Below are positions 29,699 to 40,328 of a DNA stretch of 64,000 nt, one piece after another (positions within the stretch are counted from its first letter, which is position 1; each line of letters begins with the position of its first letter). This DNA is from Clostridiales bacterium (GTDB taxonomy: Bacteria > Bacillota > Clostridia > Oscillospirales > Butyricicoccaceae), in contig SFJM01000006.1 of the NCBI GenBank assembly GCA_004555915.1, positions 16,483 to 80,482 of the forward strand. Reading direction: 5' to 3'. Under the pieces are notes generated by a model that made no database searches, was not told where the DNA came from, and saw nothing but the letters and a program-made list of their open reading frames with translations. Both the position numbers and the translations under genes were made by a program.

Positions 29699-30829
29699 TC
29701 AGCCTTCCGTGTCCCATAAATCCCCGGTGTCACTGTCCGGCTCCGGATTGACCACATCACCGGTGTCCGGCTCCATGCCGGTGTCCGTATCTGTCCCGGT
29801 ATCCGCATCCCACGGCGTATCCCCGGTATCCACATCCGGATCACGGCTGTCGTCATCCTCCCAGGTATCCAGCTCCTCCCGGAAGCTGTCATCGGGCTCC
29901 GTACTGGTACCTATGTCCAGATTTTCTGTCGCGGCTACTTCACCGGTCAGGATGTTGAGGATATATTCTCCTTTATCCGTCGTAAACCGCCAGCACGGAA
30001 TGGCAGTAAACCGTCCGCCGCTGCGGTCTGACAGTACATAGGCCGGCTGTACGCTGATAATCTGTCCCACGCCTTCCTGGGATTGCACAAAGGTCAGCAG
30101 AACCTGCTCCGCGGAATAGCTTTTGAGCGCACGGATGGTCATTGGTTCCGCGGTACCGGTGCACCATGTACCCTCAATGGTAAACTGGTTCCCCGGCGCA
30201 ATGGTAAACTGCAAACGGCAGCCTGCCAGCTCTGTCCGGCGGATTTCCTGCCATACCGTGACGATATAACCGGTTTCATTCTCCTGGGTTTCGATCTGGT
30301 CACGGCGCACGGAGATGCCCGCCTGCTTCAGCAGGCCGTATACCACCGCTTCCGCCTGTTCGGTATCCTGCGGTTCTATCACCGCCGGCAAGCGAACCTG
30401 TGCGGTAACCGCGCCGGAGGGGGACCATTCCACCGTGCCGTTATCGCCGTTCCATGCGGTCACGCTGCCCCTCGCCTCAGTGTCCACCGTGCCAGTCAGC
30501 AGCGCCCGGGTGAATGCCTCCTGTACCTCGTCATCCGTCCGCAGGGTATAAGCCTGGGGACAGGTTTCCAATGTATGGTACACACTGGAGCCGCACAGGA
30601 TGCCCTTCTGTGCCAGCATGCTGTCCAGCCGTGCACGGGTCCGGTTGGACAGCCATGCATCATAGCCATTGATCGCGCCCAGCACGGCCAGCAGCAGCAG
30701 ATTCAGTGCCAGCAGCACGGCAATCCACACGTTTTTCACCCCATCCCATGCGGGACGGCGTGTGTTGCGGGACTGCGCCGGCATATGTTTTCCCTTCCTC
30801 AGGAAACGGTGTTTGGGTTTCTGCTTCAT
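29699..30829 (-). CDS. YycI/WalI-like membrane-anchored protein with acidic tail
   Basis: WDGVKNVWIAVLLALNLLLL resembles the YycI N-terminus; AIPCWRF near the C-terminus; position in the wal locus. Confidence 0.7.
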   Translation of the reverse strand: MKQKPKHRFLRKGKHMPAQSRNTRRPAWDGVKNVWIAVLLALNLLLLAVLGAINGYDAWLSNRTRARLDSMLAQKGILCGSSVYHTLETCPQAYTLRTDDEVQEAFTRALLTGTVDTEARGSVTAWNGDNGTVEWSPSGAVTAQVRLPAVIEPQDTEQAEAVVYGLLKQAGISVRRDQIETQENETGYIVTVWQEIRRTELAGCRLQFTIAPGNQFTIEGTWCTGTAEPMTIRALKSYSAEQVLLTFVQSQEGVGQIISVQPAYVLSDRSGGRFTAIPCWRFTTDKGEYILNILTGEVAATENLDIGTSTEPDDSFREELDTWEDDDSRDPDVDTGDTPWDADTGTDTDTGMEPDTGDVVNPEPDSDTGDLWDTEG

Positions 30830-32397
30830 GCCCCGTCACCTCCCTGAATCAGGCGGTCAAAATCTGCCTGTACCACGGTAATCTCCTCCGGTGACAGTGT
30901 TCTGCCAACCTCCTTCTGGGGTGCGCTGCTATGCCGGATGATATACCACTGGGGAGAAACTGCCGTACCGGTATTGTCATACCATGCCGTACCCGGCACA
31001 TCCTGTGTCATTTCCTCTGCAGGCACTTCCTCCTGCATTTCATCCCATGACAGGTCTGCATCCTCCGATGGCGTATCGGCGGTATCCATATCCGCATCCC
31101 ACAGGCTGTCATCCGTGGTTTCCCCATAGGAATCCCACGGTTCCGCCGCATCCACATAGCGCAGGCTCAGCCGCATATCCGCATCAAAGGTCTGGGATGC
31201 CGCAGCCTGCCGCACCGGCATGACGGCAATGCTCTCACCGGTGGACTGGCAGGTGCGCAGGCACAGCCTGGCCTGTACCAGTGTGCCGTTGTCAAACAGA
31301 TAGCGTGCAAAATATCCCGCCGCATGGTCCACCGGCACGCTGTTGAGCTGCATGCCGAAGTCCACCACATACCGGCCTTCTTCCCCGGTCTGTGCCCGGA
31401 GCAGTGCCGGCGCAGCGCCGCTGTCGATGGCTTCCAGCGCTTCACCGGTCAGCCGGTAGGCCGTCTGCACATACTGCATCAGGCGGTCATGCCCCTGTGC
31501 GGCTTTCACCGACACGCCGGTACCGCGGTATTCCATGGAGCCGTCGGATGCCAGCCGGATGGTATTCGCGCCGGAGACATATACCGTCACGCCATCCGTC
31601 TGATAGGCCTTCTGCTGTGCCACGGCTGCATCCATGCCGAATGCCTCCAGCAGGATATCCATGCCGTCCGAGCCGCTGTAGGCAGCGAACGACATGACAT
31701 CAAACACCGCTTCCCCGGTACCGTACAGCAGGTCCGGAGCCGCCGTCTGTCCCTCCTCGGCAGCCAACTGGCAGCCATTGGGCTCAAACTGCTGTGCCGC
31801 CGCGTCAAAGGCATCCGCATCCACACGGGTTTCCGCGCACCGTATCCGCTGGCCGTCCCGGAAATACAGCTGGAAGCTGTTGTTTTTCCCGCTGCACAGC
31901 ACCATGGTGCCCAGGGTACAGTCCTGCAGGTTTTTTGCCTTACAGCCAAGCCAGCCGGCGAGGATATCCACCGGTACGCTGCCGTCATATTCCATCAGCA
32001 GCAGCTGCTGTTGTTCCAATGCGCTGCTGTATGCATCCATATGAATGACAGACGGTTCCTCCGCCTGCTCCAGCGCCTGTGCCCACACGGCAGCTGTGGC
32101 TTCATAGGCTTCTTTCAGCCCGTCCGTATTGTATTCCACGCCGTACAGGCCATCCGGATTGCGGGCGGCAAACCGGATTGGCATCGCACCGGCGCTGTTG
32201 TCGGTGGTGGTCTCCCGCCGCGAGGACAGGGACAGGCTGCCCTCCGGCAGCATCCGTGCCCACAGCAGCCCGCACTGTGCCGCCAGCGTAACGGTCAGCA
32301 CAACTGCCAGCACCGTCCGCAGCCCGCCCTGGTGCCTGCGGTAAAACCCGTTCCAGAGGGAGCGTATCCGCGTTCTGCGGAATTTCTGTCGGCTCAT
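30826..32397 (-). CDS. YycH/WalH-like membrane-anchored protein
   Basis: Single N-terminal TM, large exported domain, C-terminal PQWY; lies between the walK-like and yycI-like genes with ATGA overlaps. Confidence 0.6.
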   Translation of the reverse strand: MSRQKFRRTRIRSLWNGFYRRHQGGLRTVLAVVLTVTLAAQCGLLWARMLPEGSLSLSSRRETTTDNSAGAMPIRFAARNPDGLYGVEYNTDGLKEAYEATAAVWAQALEQAEEPSVIHMDAYSSALEQQQLLLMEYDGSVPVDILAGWLGCKAKNLQDCTLGTMVLCSGKNNSFQLYFRDGQRIRCAETRVDADAFDAAAQQFEPNGCQLAAEEGQTAAPDLLYGTGEAVFDVMSFAAYSGSDGMDILLEAFGMDAAVAQQKAYQTDGVTVYVSGANTIRLASDGSMEYRGTGVSVKAAQGHDRLMQYVQTAYRLTGEALEAIDSGAAPALLRAQTGEEGRYVVDFGMQLNSVPVDHAAGYFARYLFDNGTLVQARLCLRTCQSTGESIAVMPVRQAAASQTFDADMRLSLRYVDAAEPWDSYGETTDDSLWDADMDTADTPSEDADLSWDEMQEEVPAEEMTQDVPGTAWYDNTGTAVSPQWYIIRHSSAPQKEVGRTLSPEEITVVQADFDRLIQGGDGA

Positions 32398-33392
32398 ACC
32401 GTCCCCCCGTCCGCCGGAGCCAGCACTGCTGCAAAAATATCCGGTTCCAGTGCCACAAAGGCAACATCCAAGGTATATCCGTTCTGCCGGAGCCTGCCCC
32501 GCACCATGCTCTGGTTTTCCTTCAGCATGGGCACGCCCTGAAAGGTTTTTTCAAAGGTCAGGTCGGCATCCTCTTCCATGGACACACCCAGCAGCTCCTC
32601 TGCCGCCACATTGATTTCCAGAATTTTTCCTTCCAGATTGAAGCGGACATAGCCTTCCCGCAGGAACGGCAGCAGGGTTTCCAGCTCATCCTGCTTTGTT
32701 TTGTGCCGGTTCCGTTGTTTCTCCGGCGCGTACATGGCTGCCGCCATGGCTTCCCAGTCACCGGAGGGATACAGGGTACGGTCATTGCTTTCCCGCAGCT
32801 CCTTTGCCGCCTGTACGGCCGAGCCCGCAAAGGCTCCCGCAAACATCCGGCTGAGAATCAGGCACATGAGGAGGCTGAGCACCAGCGCCACAGCCAGAAA
32901 CAGTGCCAGCATGGCAAACATGGACAGCATATCACTGCCGTCATCCGCAATATCCAGCACCAGCGCGGACTCACCGGTAATCGGGACAGCAACATCCATG
33001 CCGGACGGCAGCAGGGAAAACGCATCGCCGACCTCCCCCTGCATGGCGGTGACAATGTTATCCGTCATCGCCGCATCCTCCGCGCCGCACAGCCGTTCCC
33101 CGGTTGCGGCATCCCAGATGGAATAGGTACGGTCAACACCCAGCCGCAGCTGTCCGGCATAGGCCTCCAGAATCTGCTCCACCTGATATGCCGCGTTTTC
33201 CGGCGTGCCGGTGGCACCGGCATTCATCTCGGACAGCAGGTCTACCGTCAGCACGCTGGCAACCTCATCCTCAAACTGCGCACTGCTGTAGCGCGCCATG
33301 CCCAGCAGCAGGCTGACCGATACAATTGCCATCACAGCCAGTGCCGTCAGCAGCAGGCTGACGGTTAATTTCTGTTTCAGCGTTTTTTGCAT
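32394..33392 (-). CDS. WalK-like sensor (2 TM, degenerate HAMP, PAS) lacking kinase domains
   Basis: TM-extracellular-TM, then LREGYVRFNLEGKILEINVAAEELLG (PAS signature); ends at 332 aa with no H-box or G-boxes. Confidence 0.7.
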   Translation of the reverse strand: MQKTLKQKLTVSLLLTALAVMAIVSVSLLLGMARYSSAQFEDEVASVLTVDLLSEMNAGATGTPENAAYQVEQILEAYAGQLRLGVDRTYSIWDAATGERLCGAEDAAMTDNIVTAMQGEVGDAFSLLPSGMDVAVPITGESALVLDIADDGSDMLSMFAMLALFLAVALVLSLLMCLILSRMFAGAFAGSAVQAAKELRESNDRTLYPSGDWEAMAAAMYAPEKQRNRHKTKQDELETLLPFLREGYVRFNLEGKILEINVAAEELLGVSMEEDADLTFEKTFQGVPMLKENQSMVRGRLRQNGYTLDVAFVALEPDIFAAVLAPADGGTV

Positions 33393-33414
33393 TCCGCCAT
33401 CCCCTTCTGACCGG

Positions 33415-33951
33415 TTACAGTCCCATAATCAGGGCCTTGCCGATGGCAGCCACGGTCTTGGCATCATGGATTTCACCGGACGCAATGCGCTGGCACAGCT
33501 CGTCAAAGGGCATGCGGACAATTTCCACAAATTCATCCTCATCCGGATGTACCTCGCCCTGTGTCAGCTCCTTGGCACAGAACAGGTGCAGCCGCTCATC
33601 CATAAAGCCGGGGGAAGGCCAGATTTCACCCATGGGAATCATGGTTCCGGCAACCAGGCCGGTTTCCTCCGAAAGCTCCCGCCTGCCGCAGTTTTCGGCA
33701 TTTTCCGGGCCCTGATCCATCTTTCCCGCCGGGATTTCCAGCGTGGTGGTCTCATAGGGATACCGGTACTGGCGCACCAGCGTCACCATGCGGTTTTCAT
33801 CAATCGGCAGCACGCCAACGCCGCCCACATGCTCGCAGACCTCCCGCTTGCAGGGCTTGCCATTTGGCAGCAGCGCGTCATCCACACGTACGGTCATAAT
33901 TTTTCCATGAAATTTATAATCACTCTTGACTTTCTTTTCTGTAAACTCCAT
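33415..33951 (-). CDS. NUDIX hydrolase (ADP-ribose pyrophosphatase-like)
   Basis: RQYRY, EIPAGK..RELSEETG, SPG, DEDEF, DAKT. Confidence 0.92.
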   Translation of the reverse strand: MEFTEKKVKSDYKFHGKIMTVRVDDALLPNGKPCKREVCEHVGGVGVLPIDENRMVTLVRQYRYPYETTTLEIPAGKMDQGPENAENCGRRELSEETGLVAGTMIPMGEIWPSPGFMDERLHLFCAKELTQGEVHPDEDEFVEIVRMPFDELCQRIASGEIHDAKTVAAIGKALIMGL

Positions 33952-34198
33952 TGTAAAGCTCCTTCCGCAAAAATGGGTTCGATATGCCTTGCACAGAATA
34001 TGGCAGCGCCATGTTTTTCCTGCTGCCTCTGTGGACTCGTTCTCAGCTTTTAGTATAAAATCAACCGGCCGCTTTGTCAAACCGCTTTCCGGGTATTTCC
34101 CCGTATTCCCAAGCTTTTTTTCCTGCAGCAGGGCAAAAAAGCCGCCCTCCCCACCGCATGGCTGCGGCAGGAAGGGCGGAATAATGGTTTACGGTTTA

Positions 34199-35650
34199 TC
34201 AGCCGTTGAGGGCACTCTGATACAGGTCCATATATACCTGTGCGGAATGATCCCAGCTGAAGTCGGTGGTCATGCCGGCAATCTGCATGGCTCTCCATGC
34301 CTCCTGATTGTGGCGGAACAGGTAGCAGGCACGCTCGATGACATGCAGCATTTCATGGGCATTGTAGTTCGCAAACGAGAAGCCGGTGCCCTCGCCGGTG
34401 AACTGGTTGTACGGGATAACGGTATCCTTCAGGCCGCCTGTCTCGCGAACCAGCGGCAGGGTGCCGTAGCGCATGGCAATCATCTGTGCCAGCCCGCATG
34501 GCTCAAACAGGGACGGCATCAGGAACAGGTCACAGCCCGCGTAAATCTTGTTCGCCAGATCATTGGAGAACATGATGTTGGTGGAAATCTTGTCCGGATG
34601 CTGCCACTTGGCATTGATGAACATCTGCTCATATGTGTAGTCGCCGGTACCCAGCACAATCAGGCGCACATCCTGCTCCAGAATGTCGTTGAGCACGCAC
34701 TGGATCAGATCCAGGCCCTTCTGGCTGGTCAGACGTCCGACCATGCCGATAACCGGGGTCTCGTCGTCAGCCTGCAGGCCGCACATCGCCAGCAGCTGCT
34801 TCCGGTTTTCCTTCTTGTCGTCCAGCGTGCTCACGCTGTAATTCTTGAACAGATGGGGATCGGTCTCCGGGTTGTAGGCATCCACATCAATGCCGTTGAC
34901 AATGCCGCTTACCTTGCCCTGATTCCAGCGCAGCACAGGATCCAGATGGAAGCCGTAGAACGGGGTCTGGATTTCACCGGCATAGGTGGACGATACGGTG
35001 GTGACACGGTCTGCACACACAATGGCAGCCTTCATCATGTTGACATCGCCATCCTGCTGCATGAAGCCGTTGTCGAAATGGTAGTCGTCAATGCCCAGCA
35101 CATAGGACAGAATCTCACGGCCGTACTGGCCCTGGAACTGGATGTTGTGGATGGTAAAGACGGTCTTAATGCCTTCATACCAGGGGCGATAGTTGTAGTT
35201 CAGGCAATAATATACCGGAACCAGCGCGCTCTGCCAGTCATTGCAGTTGATGACATCCGGACGGAAGCCGATCTCCGGCAGCATTTCCAGCACGGCACGG
35301 GAGAAGAATGCAAAGCGTTCCGCGTCATCATATTCGCCATATACCTGGTTGCGGGCGAAATAATATTCATTGTCCAGGAAATAGTACTTGACACCTGCGT
35401 CCTCATAGACGAAAATGCCGCAGTACTGATTGCGCCATGCGAGCTGTACATACAGGCTCTTGATGTAGTACATCTTGTCGCGCCATTCTCTGCCGATCTT
35501 GCTGTACAGCGGGCAGACAACTGCCACCTCGCAGCCCTTTGCTGCCAGTGCCTTCGGCAGGGAGCCTGCCACGTCACCCAGTCCGCCGGTCTTGATAAAC
35601 GGCGCAACCTCGCTGGCTACATATAAAACTTTCATACCTTGGGCCTCCAT
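34199..35650 (-). CDS. glgA: Glycogen synthase
   Basis: KTGGLGDV, NDWQ, PSLFEPCGL. Confidence 0.97.
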   Translation of the reverse strand: MEAQGMKVLYVASEVAPFIKTGGLGDVAGSLPKALAAKGCEVAVVCPLYSKIGREWRDKMYYIKSLYVQLAWRNQYCGIFVYEDAGVKYYFLDNEYYFARNQVYGEYDDAERFAFFSRAVLEMLPEIGFRPDVINCNDWQSALVPVYYCLNYNYRPWYEGIKTVFTIHNIQFQGQYGREILSYVLGIDDYHFDNGFMQQDGDVNMMKAAIVCADRVTTVSSTYAGEIQTPFYGFHLDPVLRWNQGKVSGIVNGIDVDAYNPETDPHLFKNYSVSTLDDKKENRKQLLAMCGLQADDETPVIGMVGRLTSQKGLDLIQCVLNDILEQDVRLIVLGTGDYTYEQMFINAKWQHPDKISTNIMFSNDLANKIYAGCDLFLMPSLFEPCGLAQMIAMRYGTLPLVRETGGLKDTVIPYNQFTGEGTGFSFANYNAHEMLHVIERACYLFRHNQEAWRAMQIAGMTTDFSWDHSAQVYMDLYQSALNG

Positions 35651-35791
35651 ATCCCTTTCCCCGGGCCTGTTGTCCCGGGGAACTGTGTTTCTCGCTAAAA
35701 AAACCGGGAGAACGAAATCATCCGTCCTCCCGGCCGATTCCGGATTTATGATTCGCCGTTGAATCGTGTCCGAACATTCAGTTTCAAAGCA

Positions 35792-36922
35792 TCAAACGAT
35801 GGTGTTCTTTGCGATTGCTACCGGATAGGTTGCATGGCCCATCATCTTGCGGTTCTCACGAACGGTTACGCCCTTGTCGGTAACCACATAGGACAGCTCA
35901 ACACCCTCAGAGATGATGCCGCTCTGCATGATGATGGAATCCTTGACCACAGCGCCCTTGGCAATCTTGCAGCCACGGAAGATGATGGAATTCTCAACGG
36001 TACCCTCAATGCGGGAGCCGTCAGCAATCAGGCTGTCGCTGACAACCGCATCCTCGCCATAGTAGGTCGGTGCGGAGTCATGGATCTTGGTCAGGATCGG
36101 GCGGCTCTTCAGGAATACCTGATCGCGGATGTCCTTATCCAGCATATCCATGGAAGCGGAGAAGTAGCTCTTGACATCTTCAATCTTCGCAACATACTTG
36201 TCGAATACATACGCCTGGATTGCGTCGCCCCGGTTGAATACATGCTGCATTGCATCGCGCTCGAAGGAATGCAGGTTATGGGTTACGCAGTCAGACAGCA
36301 GGTCCAGCAGATACTTGCGCTTCATGATATAGATGCCCAGGCTCTTGTACTTGCACTTGCCGCCGGCATTGTCGCCATTGCGGATGTCATTGACCTCATG
36401 GCGCGGGGACAGGTTGAGGAACATGTCGAACGCGCCGCCGTCGCCGTTCTTGGTGCAGACGATGGTAACATCAGCGCCGGACTTCTTGTGCTCACGCATT
36501 GCCTCATCCAGCGGAATGTTGGCAATGATGTCTGCGCCGCAGACAACCACATGCTCGCACTTGCTCTTCTGCAGCATATCGCTGACAGAGCCCAGAGCCT
36601 CCAGAGAGGTGTGGTAATTCTCGGTTACCAGCGGAGAGGACTTGGGTGCGAATGCATTCGGCGGGCACAGCATCAGGCCGCCGCGCTTGCGGGACAGGTC
36701 CCAATCCTTGCCGGAGCCCAGATGATCCATCAGGGACTGATACTTATCTCTCATCAGTACGCCGACCTGATAGCAGCCGGAGTTAACCAGATTGGAGAGC
36801 ATGAAATCGATCACACGATAGCGGCCGCCGAACGGTACGGAAGCAACCGGACGATGCTCGGACAGCTCGCGCAGATCGTTGTTGCTGTCAAAACCAATGA
36901 TAATACCCAGTGTGTTTTTCAT
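35792..36922 (-). CDS. glgD: ADP-glucose pyrophosphorylase subunit GlgD
   Basis: ASVPFGGRYRVIDF..DHLGSGKDWDL; follows glgC. Confidence 0.93.
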   Translation of the reverse strand: MKNTLGIIIGFDSNNDLRELSEHRPVASVPFGGRYRVIDFMLSNLVNSGCYQVGVLMRDKYQSLMDHLGSGKDWDLSRKRGGLMLCPPNAFAPKSSPLVTENYHTSLEALGSVSDMLQKSKCEHVVVCGADIIANIPLDEAMREHKKSGADVTIVCTKNGDGGAFDMFLNLSPRHEVNDIRNGDNAGGKCKYKSLGIYIMKRKYLLDLLSDCVTHNLHSFERDAMQHVFNRGDAIQAYVFDKYVAKIEDVKSYFSASMDMLDKDIRDQVFLKSRPILTKIHDSAPTYYGEDAVVSDSLIADGSRIEGTVENSIIFRGCKIAKGAVVKDSIIMQSGIISEGVELSYVVTDKGVTVRENRKMMGHATYPVAIAKNTIV

Positions 36923-36933
36923 TTATCTTCACC

Positions 36934-38142
36934 TCATTCTGCATCCGGAATATCCTGGTCGGGCATTTCCTTGGCTGCCACAACAGCATTCTTGCCAACG
37001 GTAATGCCAGGAGCAACAACTGCTACACCCCAGTTATCCTTGACTTCCTCCGGCGTATTGCCGATCTTGGCACCTGCACAGATGCGTGCATTCTCTGCCA
37101 CGATGGCATACTTGACCTCTGCACCCTTTTCCACGGTTGCGCCCGGCATGATGATGGAATATTCCACCTTTGCGCCTGCTTCTACCGTAACGTTCGGGAA
37201 CAGGACAGAATTGGTCACACTGCCTTCGATCTCACAACCCTCACTCAGCAGCGAATGCTTGACATCTGCGCTCTTGCCGGTAAAGTGCGGAGGAGCACCG
37301 GTGGTACGGCCATAGATGCGCCAGTCCTCGTCCTCCAGGTTCAGGCCGGAATTCGGGGACAGCAGATCCATGTTTGCTTCCCACAGGGACTCGATGGTAC
37401 CAACGTCCTTCCAGTAGCCGTCGAAGCGATAGGTCTGCATGTTCTCGCCACGTGCCAGCATAGCCGGGATGATGTTCTTACCGAAGTCATTGGAGGATTC
37501 CGGATTGTTTTCGTCCTCGATGAGGTACTTACGCAGCTTGGACCAGGTGAAGATGTAGATACCCATGGAAGCCAGAGTGCTCTTCGGATGTGCCGGCTTC
37601 TCCTCGAACTCGTAAATCGAGCCGTCCGGATTGCAGTTCATGATACCGAAGCGCTTTGCCTCTTCCAGAGTTACATTGAGTACAGCGATGGTAGCCGCTG
37701 CATTCTTTTCCTTATGCTGGTCGAGCATCTTGTCATAATCCATCTTGTAGATATGGTCGCCCGACAGAATCAGAACATATTCCGGATCATACTCATCAAT
37801 GAAGCTGATGTTCTGATAAATTGCATTTGCTGTGCCCTTATACCATTCAGAGCCCTTGCCGCCTTCATACGGAGGCAGTGCATACACGCCGCCATACAGT
37901 CTGTCGAGATCCCAGGTCTGACCATTTGCCAGGTACACGTTCAAAACGTGCGGCTCATACTGTGTCAGAACGCCAACCGTGTCAATACCGGAATTCACAC
38001 AGTTGGACAGCGGAAAGTCGATAATACGGTATTTGCCGCCAAACGGCACCGCAGGCTTTGCAACGTTCTGGGTCAGTACATACAGTCTGCTGCCACGGCC
38101 GCCAGCCAGCAGCATTGCAACGCATTCTTTTTTCCTAGACAT
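36934..38142 (-). CDS. glgC: Glucose-1-phosphate adenylyltransferase
   Basis: [34 protein letters not shown]. Confidence 0.97.
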   Translation of the reverse strand: MSRKKECVAMLLAGGRGSRLYVLTQNVAKPAVPFGGKYRIIDFPLSNCVNSGIDTVGVLTQYEPHVLNVYLANGQTWDLDRLYGGVYALPPYEGGKGSEWYKGTANAIYQNISFIDEYDPEYVLILSGDHIYKMDYDKMLDQHKEKNAAATIAVLNVTLEEAKRFGIMNCNPDGSIYEFEEKPAHPKSTLASMGIYIFTWSKLRKYLIEDENNPESSNDFGKNIIPAMLARGENMQTYRFDGYWKDVGTIESLWEANMDLLSPNSGLNLEDEDWRIYGRTTGAPPHFTGKSADVKHSLLSEGCEIEGSVTNSVLFPNVTVEAGAKVEYSIIMPGATVEKGAEVKYAIVAENARICAGAKIGNTPEEVKDNWGVAVVAPGITVGKNAVVAAKEMPDQDIPDAE

Positions 38143-38263
38143 TCTTTCTGCTCCAATCTTTGTTAGATTTAGAAGGGAGACATGACCCCCTCTTAACTGA
38201 ATCTTACATTTCCCACTCTATCAAAACAATGCCCGCACCCTGGTGGGGCAGTGTCTGCCAGAT

Positions 38264-40132
38264 TCATGATGGTTCTTCCGGCAGGAAAAACCGTACACTG
38301 AACGCCGGTACACGCAGCTTCAGGCTGCAGCTGCTGTCCTCCCGGGCGGTGCAGCTCACACCCTCCGTACCGGTGCCGCCATAGCTGATGCAGTCGGAGG
38401 AAAAGGCCTCCTCCCAGCCCGCCGACGATGCCAGTGTGATGGTATAACCGGACACCTGCCGTCCGGTAACATTGATGACCGCCAGAAGCCGCTGTCCCGA
38501 CGGGCTGCGCCGTTCAAAGGAAAGCAGTCCCGGTACCTTTGCGCCGCGGTCAATCCAGATCAGGCTGTCCGCCTGCTCCGGCCATTCCCACAGCTGCGGG
38601 GTCCGGCGGTAAAACAGGTTCAGCCCACGCACATATTCCCGCATCTGCCGGTGTGTTTCGTAATCCAGCAGCATCCAGTCCAGGCCGTGATGGCAGGCCC
38701 ATTCGGTAAACTGTGCGAACTCGCCGCCCATAAACAGCAGCTTGTCCCCCGGATGTGCCATGACAAAGCCATACAGCGTGCGCAGGCGTGCAAATTTTTC
38801 GTGATACTCGCCCGGCATGCGGGAGAGCAGGGAACCCGCTCCATGGGAGACGGTGTCATGCGACATGGGAAGAATATGATGTTCTCCCGCGCTGTCCAGC
38901 AGCGACAAGGACAGCCAGTCGGTGAAATCCTCGGTGTTTTCCGGCTGTTCCAGATGCTGCAGCGCTTCACGAATCCAGTCATCCCGCCACATGTTGGAAA
39001 AGCCCAGTCCGCCCAGCCGGGTCGGCTTGGTGACCGACGGCCACAGGCCGGTGCTGCTGGCAATCATCCGCACCCGGGGCTGCTGCTCCGCCATGCTGTC
39101 ACACAGCATGCGCAGGAATGCCGCGCCCTTCAGGTTCTGGTTTTCACCGTATTCATTTGCCTGCCAGCTGCCTGCCTCACGCTGATAATCGAGAAACAGC
39201 ATGGGCTGTACCGAGCTGACCCGGATTCCGTCCGCATGGAACTGGGATACCCAGAACATCGCAGAGGACAGCAGGAAGGAAATCGTCTCTCCCCTGCCCA
39301 GGTCAAACCGCTGCATGCCGAAGGGCATGGTGTTATCCGGCGGCGGGCATTCATAACACGGCTCACCGTCAAAGCAGATCAGGCCGTGTGCATCGCTGGG
39401 GAAACCGGCAGCGGTCCAGTCCAGAATGACACCCAGGCCTGCCTGATGGCACCGGTCGATGAAATACATCAGGTCATGGGGTGTGCCGTACCGGCTGGTG
39501 GCTGCAAACCATCCCAGAGGCTGGTAGCCCCATGAGCCGTCATAGGGATGCTCCATCAAAGGCAAAAGCTCCAAATGTGTATACCCCATATCGCGCACAT
39601 ACGGTATCAGCCGGTCCGCCATTTCACGGTAGGAATAAAACGAGCTGTCATCCCGTACCTGCCAGGAACCGAAATGCACCTCATACATATTGACCGGTTC
39701 CGCCGGGGGGATATCCCGCTGCATCCATTCCCGGTCATGCCATTCGTAGCCCTCCATCTCATAATACCGCGAGGCATTGTACGGACGGGTTTCCGCAAAA
39801 AAGGCAAACGGGTCTGCTTTGTCAAAAACATCGCCGTTTTCCGTGCGTATACTGTATTTATAGCAGTCAAACCGCTCGATATCCGTCAGGAAGCATTCCC
39901 AGATTTCCGGGTCCTGCTCCATCCGCTGCATCGGGGCAAAGCTGCGCAGCCAGCCGTTTTTCTCATTGATGACCGAAACGTCTGCCGCGTGCGGCGCCCA
40001 CAGCCGAAAGGCCACGCCCTCCTGACCGTCACGCATTTCCCGATGTGCACCGAGCCATTCCCATGCCTGATGCTCTGTTCCGTCGTGAAAACGGCGCAGG
40101 CGGTCAGCTGCAGAGGTTCTGTTTTCTCCCAC
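38264..40132 (-). CDS. glgB: GH13 glycogen branching enzyme homolog with substituted catalytic residues
   Basis: WAPHA, KADPFA, YEVHFGSW, SWGYQ, HPGDKLLFMG; the catalytic regions read RVSSV and ASST. GTG start chosen by RBS spacing. Confidence 0.85.
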   Translation of the reverse strand: MGENRTSAADRLRRFHDGTEHQAWEWLGAHREMRDGQEGVAFRLWAPHAADVSVINEKNGWLRSFAPMQRMEQDPEIWECFLTDIERFDCYKYSIRTENGDVFDKADPFAFFAETRPYNASRYYEMEGYEWHDREWMQRDIPPAEPVNMYEVHFGSWQVRDDSSFYSYREMADRLIPYVRDMGYTHLELLPLMEHPYDGSWGYQPLGWFAATSRYGTPHDLMYFIDRCHQAGLGVILDWTAAGFPSDAHGLICFDGEPCYECPPPDNTMPFGMQRFDLGRGETISFLLSSAMFWVSQFHADGIRVSSVQPMLFLDYQREAGSWQANEYGENQNLKGAAFLRMLCDSMAEQQPRVRMIASSTGLWPSVTKPTRLGGLGFSNMWRDDWIREALQHLEQPENTEDFTDWLSLSLLDSAGEHHILPMSHDTVSHGAGSLLSRMPGEYHEKFARLRTLYGFVMAHPGDKLLFMGGEFAQFTEWACHHGLDWMLLDYETHRQMREYVRGLNLFYRRTPQLWEWPEQADSLIWIDRGAKVPGLLSFERRSPSGQRLLAVINVTGRQVSGYTITLASSAGWEEAFSSDCISYGGTGTEGVSCTAREDSSCSLKLRVPAFSVRFFLPEEPS

Positions 40133-40328
40133 CGGCCCCATCTCCTTTCCACAGAACACCGGTTGAACATGCGAAATTCCGAAAAAGCACAAACTTTTTC
40201 GGACATTTGGGGTGCTGTCCGTGCACAACGCACAGACAACATTTTTCATTTGTAGGAATATTATACAACATTCCTGAAAGCAAGTCCAGAAAAAATGTGG
40301 ATTTTTACACATTTTTTGCGAAGGCAAA

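Noticed and set aside
35792..36922. Degenerate catalytic motifs in the second ADP-glucose pyrophosphorylase gene
   Set aside because: Expected for GlgD, the known non-catalytic subunit in Firmicutes.
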